Both the position numbers and the translations under genes were made by a program. The notes under the pieces are model-generated. The model was given only the letters and a program-made list of their open reading frames with translations, ran no database searches and had not been told where the DNA came from. This document shows positions 32,540 through 44,017 of a stretch of DNA of 64,000 bases, piece by piece (positions within the stretch are counted from its first letter, which is position 1; each line of letters begins with the position of its first letter). Origin of the DNA: Nitrosopumilus sp. (GTDB lineage Archaea; Thermoproteota; Nitrososphaeria; Nitrososphaerales; Nitrosopumilaceae); contig CBDBLX010000002.1 in assembly GCA_965207445.1 (NCBI GenBank), forward strand, positions 1,495,849 to 1,559,848, in the 5' to 3' direction.

Positions 32540-35500
32540 ATGGTGAGAATAAACGCATGCGTGTGGAGAAAAATCACACCAAACTACAACAAACCACACC
32601 ACTACATTGCATTATTGTTCATAATTGTATTGTGTTCCTCACTTTATTTCACATCTACTTGTTTTGCACCATCAGATGAGTGTAAAATCATGCATGTTAT
32701 GGACAAATTTGTTTGGATGGATTCTGTTCTAAAATCCACTATACATGACATCCCTTATGCATACGGACAGACTCCAGATTTCTCAGATAAAACAGGGTTT
32801 GTGTATGTGACAGATACCATTGAGATAAACCATCTCAACGTGAGTGGTGGCTTGTCTGATTCTGATGCCTTTGGAAGATCTGTTACATCCGCAGGAGACT
32901 TAGACGGTGACGGTGTGCCTGATATTATAGTAGGCGCAAATCAACCCAATGTGAATAGAAATGAAGCTAGTGGCGACGTTTATGTTGTGTTTATGAACTC
33001 TGATGGCACTGTACGTAATGCACGTATAATGGAACAATTATCAACAAATACTCATACAGTCAACGCGATTCACCGTGGAACTTCTGTGGCCTCGCTAGGT
33101 GATCTTAACGGTGATGACATACCCGACATTGCCATCGGTGCCAGTGGCGATATCAATACAACTGATGACCACGGTGCAATCTACATATTGTTAATGAATC
33201 GTGATGGAACAACAGATCGAATTATTCCGATAACCCATAACACCCCAAACGGCCCGACCTTGGACACTGGAGATTTTTTTGGTAATTCGATAGCTCTTGT
33301 AGACGATCTTGATGGCAATAATGTGCCAGATATTGCCGTCGGTGCAATTGGTGATGATGCAGGAGGGGATAGTCGCGGTGCAATTCACATCCTACTCATG
33401 AATTCTGACCACACAATACGCAACACCATCGAAATAAACTCTACGACTCCACGCGGCCCAATTTTGAACGATAAGGGTTTCTTTGGGCAGTCCGTCGCAT
33501 CTACAGATCTCAACAATGACGGAACTCCTGATATCATAGCTGGTACATATTTAGACAGTAATAATGGATATAGCCGCGGCGCAGTTCACATAATGTTCAT
33601 GAATTCAGATGGGACCATTCAAAATACTGTAAGAATCGACGAGAGTACTACCAACGGACCGCGTCTCTCCAATGAGGCCCATTTTGGCGTTTCTGTGGCC
33701 TCTGCAGGTGATCTAGATAATGACGGAGTTGATGATGTTCTGGTGGGTTCTTATGAAAATAGGTCGAATACAGGATCAGTCTACATCATGCTTATGAATC
33801 CAGACGGTTCTATAAAGAGTACATCGAAGATAAACAGTTCTACTAGTGGCGGACCAGTTCTGTCTGCCGGGGATCGATTAGGCGTCTCGGTGACCCCAAT
33901 AGGAGATCTCAATGGTGACGGAATGCCCGATATTGTAGCAGGCGCGTATTGGGACGATGCAGGAGGTACAAACCGCGGTGCAGTTCATTTGATGCTACTA
34001 GATCCGATCAGGCCTGTACCCAATTATAAAGTTCATGATACTGCGAAAATAACCACCCAGGCGGTGCAAGGATCGGGATATAGCAACCAATTTCACTTTG
34101 GAACTGTGTCCTCGATAGGTGATATAGACTCCGATGGTACGCCGGATATTGCAGTGGGGGCCAGAGGTGATGTTGAAGGGGGCGCAAACCGCGGTGCAGT
34201 CTACATATTATTGATGAATAATGATGGAACAGTAAAGAGTGCCACTGCGATAAACGATGCTACCCCCAGAGGGCCTACCCTGGCTAACCATGATTTGTTT
34301 GGAACCTCTGTTACATCAATAGGTGACATCGACGAGGATGGTACGCCGGATATTGCAGTGGGGGCCGACGGTGATGATTCAGTAGGCGTAGACCGCGGTG
34401 CAGTCTACATATTATTGATGAATAATGATGGAACAGTAAAGAATACAGTTAAGATAAACGATGCTACCCCCAGAGGGCCTACTCTGTCTAACGGTGATGG
34501 TTTTGGAACCTCTGTTACATCAATAGGTGACATCGACGAGGATGGTACGCCGGATATTGCAGTGGGGGCCGACGATGATAATGGTTCAGGAGGAAGTCTC
34601 CGCGGTGCGGTCCACATATTATTTATGAGTAATGATGGAACCGTAAAAAGGACAGTTGAGATAAACTCTGCTACCCCCAGAGGGCCTACCCTGTCTAACA
34701 GTGATACTTTTGGAGCATCTATTGCATCAATAGGTGACATCAACGGGGATGGTACGCCGGACATTGCAGTGGGGGCCGACGGCGATAACTCAAACCGCGG
34801 TGCAGTCCACATATTATTTATGAATAATGATGGAACCGTAAAGAGTACAGTTGAGATAAACTCTACTACCCCCAGAGGGCCTACTCTGTCTCTCGGTGAT
34901 CGTTTTGGAGCATCTATTGCATCAATAGGTGACATCAACGGGGATGGTACGCCGGACATTGCAGTGGGTGCACGTGATGACAGCAAAATCAAAGCCCAAC
35001 AGGGTGCCTTTTACATACTGTTGTTAAATGACGATGGAGCAGTAAAGAGGTCAGTCAAGATAGATTCCAACACTACAAACATACCGGACATGTCCATTGG
35101 TGATCGTTTTGGATCATCTATTGCATCAGTAGGTGACATTAACGGGGATGGTACGCCGGACATTGCAGTGGGGGCTGACCAGGATGATTCAGGAGGCTCA
35201 AACCGCGGTGCAGTATACATCATATTCTTAGATAAAACTGTGGTGATACAGGGTGTTACATCTAGCGCAGATGATGGAAGACACACTCAAGGTCCAATTG
35301 ATATTGACGTATTGTTTTCTGAGCCAGTCGGTGTTGTCGGCTCCCCGTATCTGACTCTGGAGACTGGTCGGATTGACCGTAATGCAGTTTATGTCTCCGG
35401 TAACAATACTACAGTACTTACATTTCGTTATACCATACAAAAGCAAGATACTACACTTGATCTTAATTATCTGTCAAAATCCTCATTGTCGTTGAACAAC

Positions 35501-38500
35501 AGCAAGATATTTGCATCACAATCACCTCATGATCCTGCAGTACTTGAACTACCTATACCATCACTTCAAATAGAGGTTAATCCTAGCGGTATTTACGGGC
35601 CGCTTGCACTTAACAAGGAAATTCAAATAGAGGCACAGCTTCCACCAGACAAGCCAACCAATCTAATAGCTAATCCATTAAACAAACAAGTTATTCTGAA
35701 TTGGTCTGCACCGACTTATGTTTCTCCTCCTGTCATAGATTATACTGTACAGTATCGTGTCAATGACGGCGTAACGCATGCATGGGAGACATTCCCAGAC
35801 ACGTTTTTGAACACAACTGGTATAGTCACAGGTTTAACCAACGGAGTGCAGTATCAATTCAGGGTAAATGCCACAAATGCGGTAGGGACAGGACCTGCTT
35901 CTGATGTCGTCCCTGCCACACCACGTACAGTTCCAGAGGCTCCGTCTAATCTGACTGCCGATCCGGGCAACGAGCAAGTGGATTTATCATGGACTGCGCC
36001 TCATGATGGCGGCTCTCCGATAACAGGTTATATCGTAGAGTACACATCAAACAACGGCGCTTCGTGGAGTGAGTTTGCAGACATCACTGACACATATGCC
36101 AACGTCACGGGCCTAACAAACGGACAACAGTATCATTTCAGAGTAAATGCCACAAATGCGGTAGGGACAGGACCTGCTTCTGACATCGTCCCCGCCACTC
36201 CCGTGACTCTCCCAGGGGCTCCAGAAAATCTGATAGCGACAGTAAACGGCACCACCATAGAACTCACATGGGATCCGCCTGCAAACGATGGAGGCGCTAC
36301 AATTACATCATATACTGTCCAACAAAGTACGGATGGTATAACGTGGGATACGGTACCTGATTTGAACAGTGCAGATACCAAAGCAACTACACCCAACGTG
36401 CTACTTAACACAAAATACAGTTTCCGCGTGAATGCCACAAATGCGGTAGGGACAGGGCCTGCTTCTGACATTGTTATGTCACTTATTGACACTAAACCCT
36501 CCGTCAGGCTTTCAACGAATATTACAGGTCCCACATCTTTGGACTCTATACCTTTTACGATCTCCGTTAATGAACGCGTAACTGGGCTCGAAGCATCTGA
36601 GATTTCTACATCTTCTGGCATCGTAAAGAATCTTGTTTTAGGAAACTATACATTTGGTGGCGCGGGCAACGGCACCAGTGAGTTTAGTAGTCCGCTTGGA
36701 ATTGCCACAAATGGTACAGGATATGTGTATGTTGCCGATACATTTAACCACCGTGTCCAGATATTTGATGCAGCAGGCGCGTATTTGGGTGAGTTTGGTA
36801 GACAGGGTAGTAGTGACGGAGAGTTTAGCATCCCGTTTGGAATTGCCATAAATGGTACAGGACACGTGTATGTTACTGATTCAGGTAACCGCCGTGTCCA
36901 GATATTTGATGCAGTGGGCACGTACTTGGGTGAGTTTGGTAGACAGGGTAGTGGTAACGGAGAGTTTGTCAGCCCGTATGGAATTGCCATAAATGGTACA
37001 GGACACGTGTATGTTACTGACAATTTTAACCACCGCGTCCAGATATTTGATGCAGTGGGCGCGTACTTGGGTGAGTTTGGTAGTGGGGGCAGCGGCAACA
37101 GTGAGTTTAGTAGACCGAATGGAATTGCCATAAATGGTACAGGATATGTGTATGTTACTGATTCAGGTAACCACCGTGTCCAGATATTTGATGCAGCAGG
37201 CGCGTATTTGGGCGAGTTTGGTAGACATGGCAGCGACAACAGTGAGTTTAGAAACCCGAATGGAATTGCCATAAATGATGCAGGGCATGTGTATGTTGCC
37301 GATACAGTTAACGACCGTGTCCAGATATTTGATACAGCAGGCATGTATCTTGACAAGATCGTCAGTTCAGATTTGACACTTGATCTTGACAATCCAATTG
37401 CTGTAGCGATTCGTGGCACGTCTTTGTATATCATAGACTCGGATACTAGTCACGTTCATGTATTGCGCAACTTTTACACCTTTGAAGTACACAATCCTTC
37501 CGTTGGAACTCTTCAGGTCCATATACCTGCAGATGTGGTACAGGATGATGCAGGCAACAATAATACCGCATCCAATATAATCCGAATTTCAATCGTTACG
37601 GTTCCAGGTGTTCCGCAGAATTTGGTAGCTACGCCAGGTGATGCTACAGTCACCCTCGCATGGGACCAGCCTAGAAATGACGGTGGTGCTGCTATAATAT
37701 CATATATTGTACAGCAGAGTATTGACGGTGTTATATGGACTCTGGTGCCTGATTCAGATAATAGTGATACGACTGCAACAGCTATCGAATTGACAAATGA
37801 CAGTCAGTATCAATTTCGTGTTAATGCCACAAACATTGCCGGAACAGGTCCTGCATCTATCATCTCTGCCACCCCTACGGACACCACTCTGCCATCTGTT
37901 ACCATCAACGACGTAACAATGGAAGCAACAGGTGTCACAACTAGTGTTGATATTGGCTATCCAGAGATAACTGATGCATCAGGTGGCCCATATACCGTAA
38001 CATATAACGCAACTGGAAATGTACAGACCACATCAGGTGCTAGTAATGTGACCGTATCACTTGGTGTAGGTATGATTATAGTGCAGTGGAACGTCACGGA
38101 TCCCTCAAATAACATAGGTACTGCGCTCCAAATGGTGGACGTCACAGACACCACCCCGCCTACTATCACCCTGATTGGCTCGGCTTCTGTCACCGTGACG
38201 TTGGGCGGCACATATGAGGAACAAGGAGCAGTCTGCTCTGATATTGTGGATGCTGACAAGTCAGCCACTGTAGGGGGCGACACAGTTAACACTGACTCGA
38301 CTGGTCAATACACTGTGCAGTATACCTGTACAGATACAGCAGGTAATGAGGCCACACCTGTAGATCGTACCGTGACTGTCCATGATCCAACAGCTCCTTC
38401 TATTTCCATCAACGACATAACAATGGAAGCAACAGGTGCCACAACTAGTGTTGATATTGGCTATCCAGAGATAACTGATGCATCAGGTGGTCCATATACC

Positions 38501-41500
38501 GTAACATATAACGCAACTGGAAGTGTACAGACCACATCAGGTACTAGTAATGTGACCGTATCACTTGGTGTTGGTAGGATTATAGTGCAGTGGAGCGTCA
38601 CGGATCCCTCAGATAACACAGGTACTACGCTCCAAATGGTGGACGTCACAGACACCACCCCGCCTACTATCACCCTGAGTGGCTCGGCTTCTGTCACCGT
38701 GACGCTGGGCGACACATATGAAGAAGATGGAGCAGTCTGCTCTGATATTGTGGATGCTGACAAGTCAGCCACTGTAGGGGGCGACACAGTTAACACTGAC
38801 TCGACTGGTCAATACACTGTGCAGTATACCTGTACAGATACAGCAGGTAATGAGGCCACACCTGTAGATCGTACCGTGACTGTCCATGATCCGACATCTC
38901 CGTCTATTTCCATCAACGACGTAACAATGGAAGCAACAGGTGTCACAACTAGTGTTGATATTGGCTATCCAGAGATAACTGATGCATCAGGTGGTCCATA
39001 TACCGTAACATATAACGCAACTGGAAGTGTACAGACCACATCAGGTACTAGTAATGTGACCGTATCACTTGGTGTTGGTAGGATTATAGTGCAGTGGAGC
39101 GTCACGGATCCCTCAAATAATATGGGCACTGCGCTCCAAATGGTGGACGTCACAGACACCACCCCGCCTACTATCACCCTGACTGGGTCGGCTTCTGTCA
39201 CCGTGACGTTGGGCGGCACATATGAAGAAGATGGAGCAGTCTGCTCTGATATTGTGGATGCGGACAAGTCAGCCACTGTAGGGGGCGACACAGTTAACAC
39301 TGACTCGACTGGTCAATACACTGTGCAGTATACCTGTACAGATACAGCAGGTAATGAGGCCACACCTGTAGATCGTACCGTGACTGTCCATGATCCAACA
39401 GTTCCGTCTGTTGTTATAGACGACGTAACAATGGAAGCAACAGGTGCCACAACTAGTGTTGATATTGGCTATCCAGAGATAACTGATGCATCAGGTGGTC
39501 CATATACCGTAACATATAACGCAACTGGAAATGTACAGACCACATCAGGTACTAGTAATGTGACCGTATCACTTGGTGTGGGTATGATTATAGTGCAGTG
39601 GAGCGTCACGGATCCCTCAAATAATATGGGCACTGCGCTCCAAATGGTGGACGTCACAGACACCACCCCGCCTACTATCACCCTGACTGGGTCGGCTTCT
39701 GTCACCGTGACGCTGGGCGACACATATGAAGAAGAGGGGGCAGTCTGCTCTGATATTGTGGATGCGGACAAGTCAGCCACTGTAGGGGGCGACACAGTTA
39801 ACACTGACTCGACTGGTCAATACACTGTGCAGTATACCTGTACAGATACAGCAGGTAATGAGGCCACACCTGTAGATCGTACCGTGACCGTCCATGATCC
39901 AACAGTTCCGTCTGTTGTTATAGACGACGTAACAATGGAAGCAACAGGTGCCACAACTAGTGTTGATATTGGCTATCCAGAGATAACTGATGCATCAGGT
40001 GGTCCATATACCGTAACATATAACGCAACTGGAAATGTACAGACCACATCAGGTACTAGTAATGTGACCGTATCACTTGGTGTTGGTAGGATTATAGTGC
40101 AGTGGAGCGTCACGGATCCCTCAAATAACATAGGTACTGCGCTCCAAATGGTGGACGTCACAGACACCACCCCGCCTACTATCACCCTGACTGGGTCGGC
40201 TTCTGTCACCGTGACGCTGGGCGGCACATATGAAGAAGATGGAGCAATCTGCTCTGATATTGTGGATGCGGACAAGTCAGCCACTGTAGGGGGCGACACA
40301 GTTAACACTGACTCGACTGGTCAATACACTGTGCAGTATACCTGTACAGATACAGCAGGTAATGAGGCCACACCTGTAGATCGTACCGTGATTGTCCATA
40401 TGGCGTCTGACACCACCTCACCGTCTATTTCCATCAACGACGTAACAATGGAAGCAACAGGTGCCACAACTAGTGTTGATATTGGCTATCCAGAGATAAC
40501 TGATGCATCAGGTGGTCCATATACCGTAACATATAACGCAACTGGAAATGTACAGACCACATCAGGTACTAGTAATGTGACCGTATCACTTGGTGTTGGT
40601 AGGATTATAGTGCAGTGGAACGTCACGGATCCCTCAAATAATATGGGCACTGCGCTCCAAATGGTGGACGTCACAGACACCACCCCGCCTACTATTACCC
40701 TGATTGGCTCGGCTTCTGTCACCGTGACGTTGGGCAGCACATATGAGGAACAGGGAGCCGTCTGTACAGACTTGGTGGACGGTAATATTGTTCCAGTTCA
40801 ACTAGGTACGGTAGACGCATTTACCCTAGGTCAGTACACCATACAGTACACCTGCACAGATACAGCAGGTAATGAGGCCACACCTGTAGATCGTACCGTG
40901 ATTGTCCATATGGCGTCTGACACCACCTCACCGTCTATTTCCATCGACGACGTAACAATGGAAGCAACAGGTGCCACAACTAGTGTTGATATTGGCTATC
41001 CAGAGATAACTGATGCATCAGGTGGTCCATATACCATAACATATAACGCAACTGGAAATGTACAGACCACATCAGGTACTAGTAATGTGACCGTATCACT
41101 TGGTGTCGGTAGGATTATAGTGCAGTGGAACGTCACGGATCCCTCAAATAATATGGGCACTGCGCTCCAAATGGTGGACGTCACAGACACCACCCCGCCT
41201 ACTATTACCCTGACTGGCTCTTCTTCTGTCACAATAACCATAGGAAACTCATATGTGGATGCAGGAGCCGTCTGTACAGACTTGGTGGACGGCAATATTG
41301 TTCCAGTTCAACTAGGTACGGTAGACGCATTTACCCTAGGTCAGTACACCATACAGTACACATGCACAGACGCAGCAGGTAATGAGGCCACACCTATAAG
41401 CCGCACCGTGACCGTCCATATGGCGTCTGACACCACCTCACCGTCTATTTCCATCAACGACGTAACAATGGAAGCAACAGGTGCCACAACTAGTGTTGAT

Positions 41501-44017
41501 ATTGGCTATCCAGAGATAACTGATGCATCAGGTGGTCCATATACCGTAACATATAACGCAACTGGAAATGTACAGACCACATCAGGTACTAGTAATGTGA
41601 CCGTATCACTTGGTGTTGGTAGGATTATAGTGCAGTGGAACGTCACGGATCCCTCAAATAATATGGGCACTGCGCTCCAAATGGTGGACGTCACAGACAC
41701 CACCCCGCCTACTATTACCCTGACTGGCTCTTCTTCTGTCACAATAACCATAGGAAACTCATATGTGGATGCAGGAGCCGTCTGTACAGACTTGGTGGAC
41801 GGTAATATTGTTCCAGTTCAACTAGGTACGGTAGACGCATTTACCCTAGGTCAGTACACCATACAGTACACCTGCACAGATACAGCAGGTAACGAGGCCA
41901 CACCTATAAGCCGCACCGTGACCGTCCATATGGCGTCTGACACCACCTCACCGTCTATTTCCATCAACGACGTAACAATGGAAGCAACAGGTGCCACAAC
42001 TAGTGTTGATATTGGCTATCCAGAGATAACTGATGCATCAGGTGGTCCATATACCGTAACATATAACGCAACTGGAAATGTACAGACCACATCAGGTACT
42101 AGTAATGTGACCGTATCACTTGGTGTTGGTAGGATTATAGTGCAGTGGAACGTCACGGATCCCTCAAATAATATGGGCACTGCGCTCCAAATGGTGGACG
42201 TCACAGACACCACCCCGCCTACTATTACCCTGATTGGCTCGGCTTCTGTCACCGTGACGTTGGGCAGCACATATGAGGAACAGGGAGCCGTCTGTACAGA
42301 CTTGGTGGACGGTAATATTGTTCCAGTTCAACTAGGTACGGTAGACGCATTTACCCTAGGCCAGTACACCATACAGTACACATGCACAGACGCAGCAGGT
42401 AATGAGGCCACACCTGTAGATCGTACCGTGATTGTCCATATGGCGTCTGACACCACCTCACCGTCTATTTCCATCAACGACGTAACAATGGAAGCAACAG
42501 GTGCCACAACTAGTGTTGATATTGGCTATCCAGAGATAACTGATGCATCAGGTGGTCCATATACCGTAACATATAACGCAACTGGAAATGTACAGACCAC
42601 ATCAGGTACTAGTAATGTGACCGTATCACTTGGTGTTGGTAGGATTATAGTGCAGTGGAACGTCACGGATCCCTCAAATAACATAGGTACTGCGCTCCAA
42701 ATGGTGGACGTCACAGACACCACCCCGCCTACTATCACCCTGATTGGTTCGGCTTCTGTCACCGTGACGTTGGGCAGCACATATGAGGAACAGGGAGCCG
42801 TCTGTACAGACTTGGTGGACGGTAATATTGTTCCAGTTCAACTAGGTACGGTAGACGCATTTACCCTAGGTCAGTACACCATACAGTACACATGCACAGA
42901 CGCAGCAGGTAATGAGGCCACACCTGTAGATCGTACCGTGATTGTCCATATGGCGTCCGACACCACCTCACCGTCTATTTCCATCGACGACGTAACAATG
43001 GAAGCAACAGGTGCCACAACTAGTGTTGATATTGGCTATCCAGAGATAACTGATGCATCAGGTGGTCCATATACCGTAACATATAACGCAACTGGAAATG
43101 TACAGACCACATCAGGTACTAGTAATGTGACCGTATCACTTGGTGTTGGTAGGATTATAGTGCAGTGGAACGTCACGGATCCCTCAAATAACATAGGTAC
43201 TGCGCTCCAAATGGTGGACGTCACAGACACCACCCCGCCTACTATCACCCTGATTGGTTCGGCTTCTGTCACCGTGACGTTGGGCAGCACATATGAGGAA
43301 CAGGGAGCCGTCTGTACAGACTTGGTGGACGGTAATATTGTTCCAGTTCAACTAGGTACGGTAGACGCATTTACCCTAGGCCAGTACACCATACAGTACA
43401 CATGCACAGACGCAGCAGGTAATGAGGCCACACCTGTAGATCGTACCGTGATTGTCCATATGGCGTCTGACACCACCTCACCGTCTATTTCCATCGACGA
43501 CGTAACAATGGAAGCAACAGGTGCCACAACTAGTGTTGATATTGGCTATCCAGAGATAACTGATGCATCAGGTGGTCCATATACCGTAACATATAACGCA
43601 ACTGGAAATGTACAGACCACATCAGGTACTAGTAATGTGACCGTATCACTTGGTGTTGGTAGGATTATAGTGCAGTGGAACGTCACGGATCCCTCAAATA
43701 ACATAGGTACTGCGCTCCAAATGGTGGACGTCACAGACACCACCCCGCCTACTATCACCCTGATTGGTTCGGCTTCTGTCACCGTGACGTTGGGCAGCAC
43801 ATATGAGGAACAGGGAGCCGTCTGTACAGACTTGGTGGACGGTAATATTGTTCCAGTTCAACTAGGTACGGTAGACGCATTTACCCTAGGTCAGTACACC
43901 ATACAGTACACATGCACAGACGCAGCAGGTAATGAGGCCACACCTATAAGCCGCACCGTGACTGTCCATATGGCGTCCGACACCACCTCACTGTCTAATT
44001 ATTCACAATGCAGATAG
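32540..44017 (+). CDS. 3825-aa secreted adhesin-like protein: signal/TM, FG-GAP repeats, Ig-like, 3x FN3, Ig with inserted NHL repeats, FN3, 12x (HYR-like + DUF5011-like)
   Basis: Hydrophobic N-terminus; FGxSVxxxGDxxGDGxPDIAVGA repeats (about 32840-35230); FN3 W..P...Y...YxFRVNA.N..G.G; NHL P.GIA.NG.G.VYV.D..N.RVQIFD (about 36640-37470); 504/513/510-bp repeats (about 37880-43990). Confidence 0.9.
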   Translation: MVRINACVWRKITPNYNKPHHYIALLFIIVLCSSLYFTSTCFAPSDECKIMHVMDKFVWMDSVLKSTIHDIPYAYGQTPDFSDKTGFVYVTDTIEINHLNVSGGLSDSDAFGRSVTSAGDLDGDGVPDIIVGANQPNVNRNEASGDVYVVFMNSDGTVRNARIMEQLSTNTHTVNAIHRGTSVASLGDLNGDDIPDIAIGASGDINTTDDHGAIYILLMNRDGTTDRIIPITHNTPNGPTLDTGDFFGNSIALVDDLDGNNVPDIAVGAIGDDAGGDSRGAIHILLMNSDHTIRNTIEINSTTPRGPILNDKGFFGQSVASTDLNNDGTPDIIAGTYLDSNNGYSRGAVHIMFMNSDGTIQNTVRIDESTTNGPRLSNEAHFGVSVASAGDLDNDGVDDVLVGSYENRSNTGSVYIMLMNPDGSIKSTSKINSSTSGGPVLSAGDRLGVSVTPIGDLNGDGMPDIVAGAYWDDAGGTNRGAVHLMLLDPIRPVPNYKVHDTAKITTQAVQGSGYSNQFHFGTVSSIGDIDSDGTPDIAVGARGDVEGGANRGAVYILLMNNDGTVKSATAINDATPRGPTLANHDLFGTSVTSIGDIDEDGTPDIAVGADGDDSVGVDRGAVYILLMNNDGTVKNTVKINDATPRGPTLSNGDGFGTSVTSIGDIDEDGTPDIAVGADDDNGSGGSLRGAVHILFMSNDGTVKRTVEINSATPRGPTLSNSDTFGASIASIGDINGDGTPDIAVGADGDNSNRGAVHILFMNNDGTVKSTVEINSTTPRGPTLSLGDRFGASIASIGDINGDGTPDIAVGARDDSKIKAQQGAFYILLLNDDGAVKRSVKIDSNTTNIPDMSIGDRFGSSIASVGDINGDGTPDIAVGADQDDSGGSNRGAVYIIFLDKTVVIQGVTSSADDGRHTQGPIDIDVLFSEPVGVVGSPYLTLETGRIDRNAVYVSGNNTTVLTFRYTIQKQDTTLDLNYLSKSSLSLNNSKIFASQSPHDPAVLELPIPSLQIEVNPSGIYGPLALNKEIQIEAQLPPDKPTNLIANPLNKQVILNWSAPTYVSPPVIDYTVQYRVNDGVTHAWETFPDTFLNTTGIVTGLTNGVQYQFRVNATNAVGTGPASDVVPATPRTVPEAPSNLTADPGNEQVDLSWTAPHDGGSPITGYIVEYTSNNGASWSEFADITDTYANVTGLTNGQQYHFRVNATNAVGTGPASDIVPATPVTLPGAPENLIATVNGTTIELTWDPPANDGGATITSYTVQQSTDGITWDTVPDLNSADTKATTPNVLLNTKYSFRVNATNAVGTGPASDIVMSLIDTKPSVRLSTNITGPTSLDSIPFTISVNERVTGLEASEISTSSGIVKNLVLGNYTFGGAGNGTSEFSSPLGIATNGTGYVYVADTFNHRVQIFDAAGAYLGEFGRQGSSDGEFSIPFGIAINGTGHVYVTDSGNRRVQIFDAVGTYLGEFGRQGSGNGEFVSPYGIAINGTGHVYVTDNFNHRVQIFDAVGAYLGEFGSGGSGNSEFSRPNGIAINGTGYVYVTDSGNHRVQIFDAAGAYLGEFGRHGSDNSEFRNPNGIAINDAGHVYVADTVNDRVQIFDTAGMYLDKIVSSDLTLDLDNPIAVAIRGTSLYIIDSDTSHVHVLRNFYTFEVHNPSVGTLQVHIPADVVQDDAGNNNTASNIIRISIVTVPGVPQNLVATPGDATVTLAWDQPRNDGGAAIISYIVQQSIDGVIWTLVPDSDNSDTTATAIELTNDSQYQFRVNATNIAGTGPASIISATPTDTTLPSVTINDVTMEATGVTTSVDIGYPEITDASGGPYTVTYNATGNVQTTSGASNVTVSLGVGMIIVQWNVTDPSNNIGTALQMVDVTDTTPPTITLIGSASVTVTLGGTYEEQGAVCSDIVDADKSATVGGDTVNTDSTGQYTVQYTCTDTAGNEATPVDRTVTVHDPTAPSISINDITMEATGATTSVDIGYPEITDASGGPYTVTYNATGSVQTTSGTSNVTVSLGVGRIIVQWSVTDPSDNTGTTLQMVDVTDTTPPTITLSGSASVTVTLGDTYEEDGAVCSDIVDADKSATVGGDTVNTDSTGQYTVQYTCTDTAGNEATPVDRTVTVHDPTSPSISINDVTMEATGVTTSVDIGYPEITDASGGPYTVTYNATGSVQTTSGTSNVTVSLGVGRIIVQWSVTDPSNNMGTALQMVDVTDTTPPTITLTGSASVTVTLGGTYEEDGAVCSDIVDADKSATVGGDTVNTDSTGQYTVQYTCTDTAGNEATPVDRTVTVHDPTVPSVVIDDVTMEATGATTSVDIGYPEITDASGGPYTVTYNATGNVQTTSGTSNVTVSLGVGMIIVQWSVTDPSNNMGTALQMVDVTDTTPPTITLTGSASVTVTLGDTYEEEGAVCSDIVDADKSATVGGDTVNTDSTGQYTVQYTCTDTAGNEATPVDRTVTVHDPTVPSVVIDDVTMEATGATTSVDIGYPEITDASGGPYTVTYNATGNVQTTSGTSNVTVSLGVGRIIVQWSVTDPSNNIGTALQMVDVTDTTPPTITLTGSASVTVTLGGTYEEDGAICSDIVDADKSATVGGDTVNTDSTGQYTVQYTCTDTAGNEATPVDRTVIVHMASDTTSPSISINDVTMEATGATTSVDIGYPEITDASGGPYTVTYNATGNVQTTSGTSNVTVSLGVGRIIVQWNVTDPSNNMGTALQMVDVTDTTPPTITLIGSASVTVTLGSTYEEQGAVCTDLVDGNIVPVQLGTVDAFTLGQYTIQYTCTDTAGNEATPVDRTVIVHMASDTTSPSISIDDVTMEATGATTSVDIGYPEITDASGGPYTITYNATGNVQTTSGTSNVTVSLGVGRIIVQWNVTDPSNNMGTALQMVDVTDTTPPTITLTGSSSVTITIGNSYVDAGAVCTDLVDGNIVPVQLGTVDAFTLGQYTIQYTCTDAAGNEATPISRTVTVHMASDTTSPSISINDVTMEATGATTSVDIGYPEITDASGGPYTVTYNATGNVQTTSGTSNVTVSLGVGRIIVQWNVTDPSNNMGTALQMVDVTDTTPPTITLTGSSSVTITIGNSYVDAGAVCTDLVDGNIVPVQLGTVDAFTLGQYTIQYTCTDTAGNEATPISRTVTVHMASDTTSPSISINDVTMEATGATTSVDIGYPEITDASGGPYTVTYNATGNVQTTSGTSNVTVSLGVGRIIVQWNVTDPSNNMGTALQMVDVTDTTPPTITLIGSASVTVTLGSTYEEQGAVCTDLVDGNIVPVQLGTVDAFTLGQYTIQYTCTDAAGNEATPVDRTVIVHMASDTTSPSISINDVTMEATGATTSVDIGYPEITDASGGPYTVTYNATGNVQTTSGTSNVTVSLGVGRIIVQWNVTDPSNNIGTALQMVDVTDTTPPTITLIGSASVTVTLGSTYEEQGAVCTDLVDGNIVPVQLGTVDAFTLGQYTIQYTCTDAAGNEATPVDRTVIVHMASDTTSPSISIDDVTMEATGATTSVDIGYPEITDASGGPYTVTYNATGNVQTTSGTSNVTVSLGVGRIIVQWNVTDPSNNIGTALQMVDVTDTTPPTITLIGSASVTVTLGSTYEEQGAVCTDLVDGNIVPVQLGTVDAFTLGQYTIQYTCTDAAGNEATPVDRTVIVHMASDTTSPSISIDDVTMEATGATTSVDIGYPEITDASGGPYTVTYNATGNVQTTSGTSNVTVSLGVGRIIVQWNVTDPSNNIGTALQMVDVTDTTPPTITLIGSASVTVTLGSTYEEQGAVCTDLVDGNIVPVQLGTVDAFTLGQYTIQYTCTDAAGNEATPISRTVTVHMASDTTSLSNYSQCR

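Noticed and set aside
31911..32546. 211-aa ORF as a real membrane protein (poly-Val) or an integrase remnant
   Set aside because: The hydrophobic run is a (gta/gtg)n microsatellite, and the IMLG/VDFSTTKR resemblance to tyrosine recombinases is too short and split across frames.
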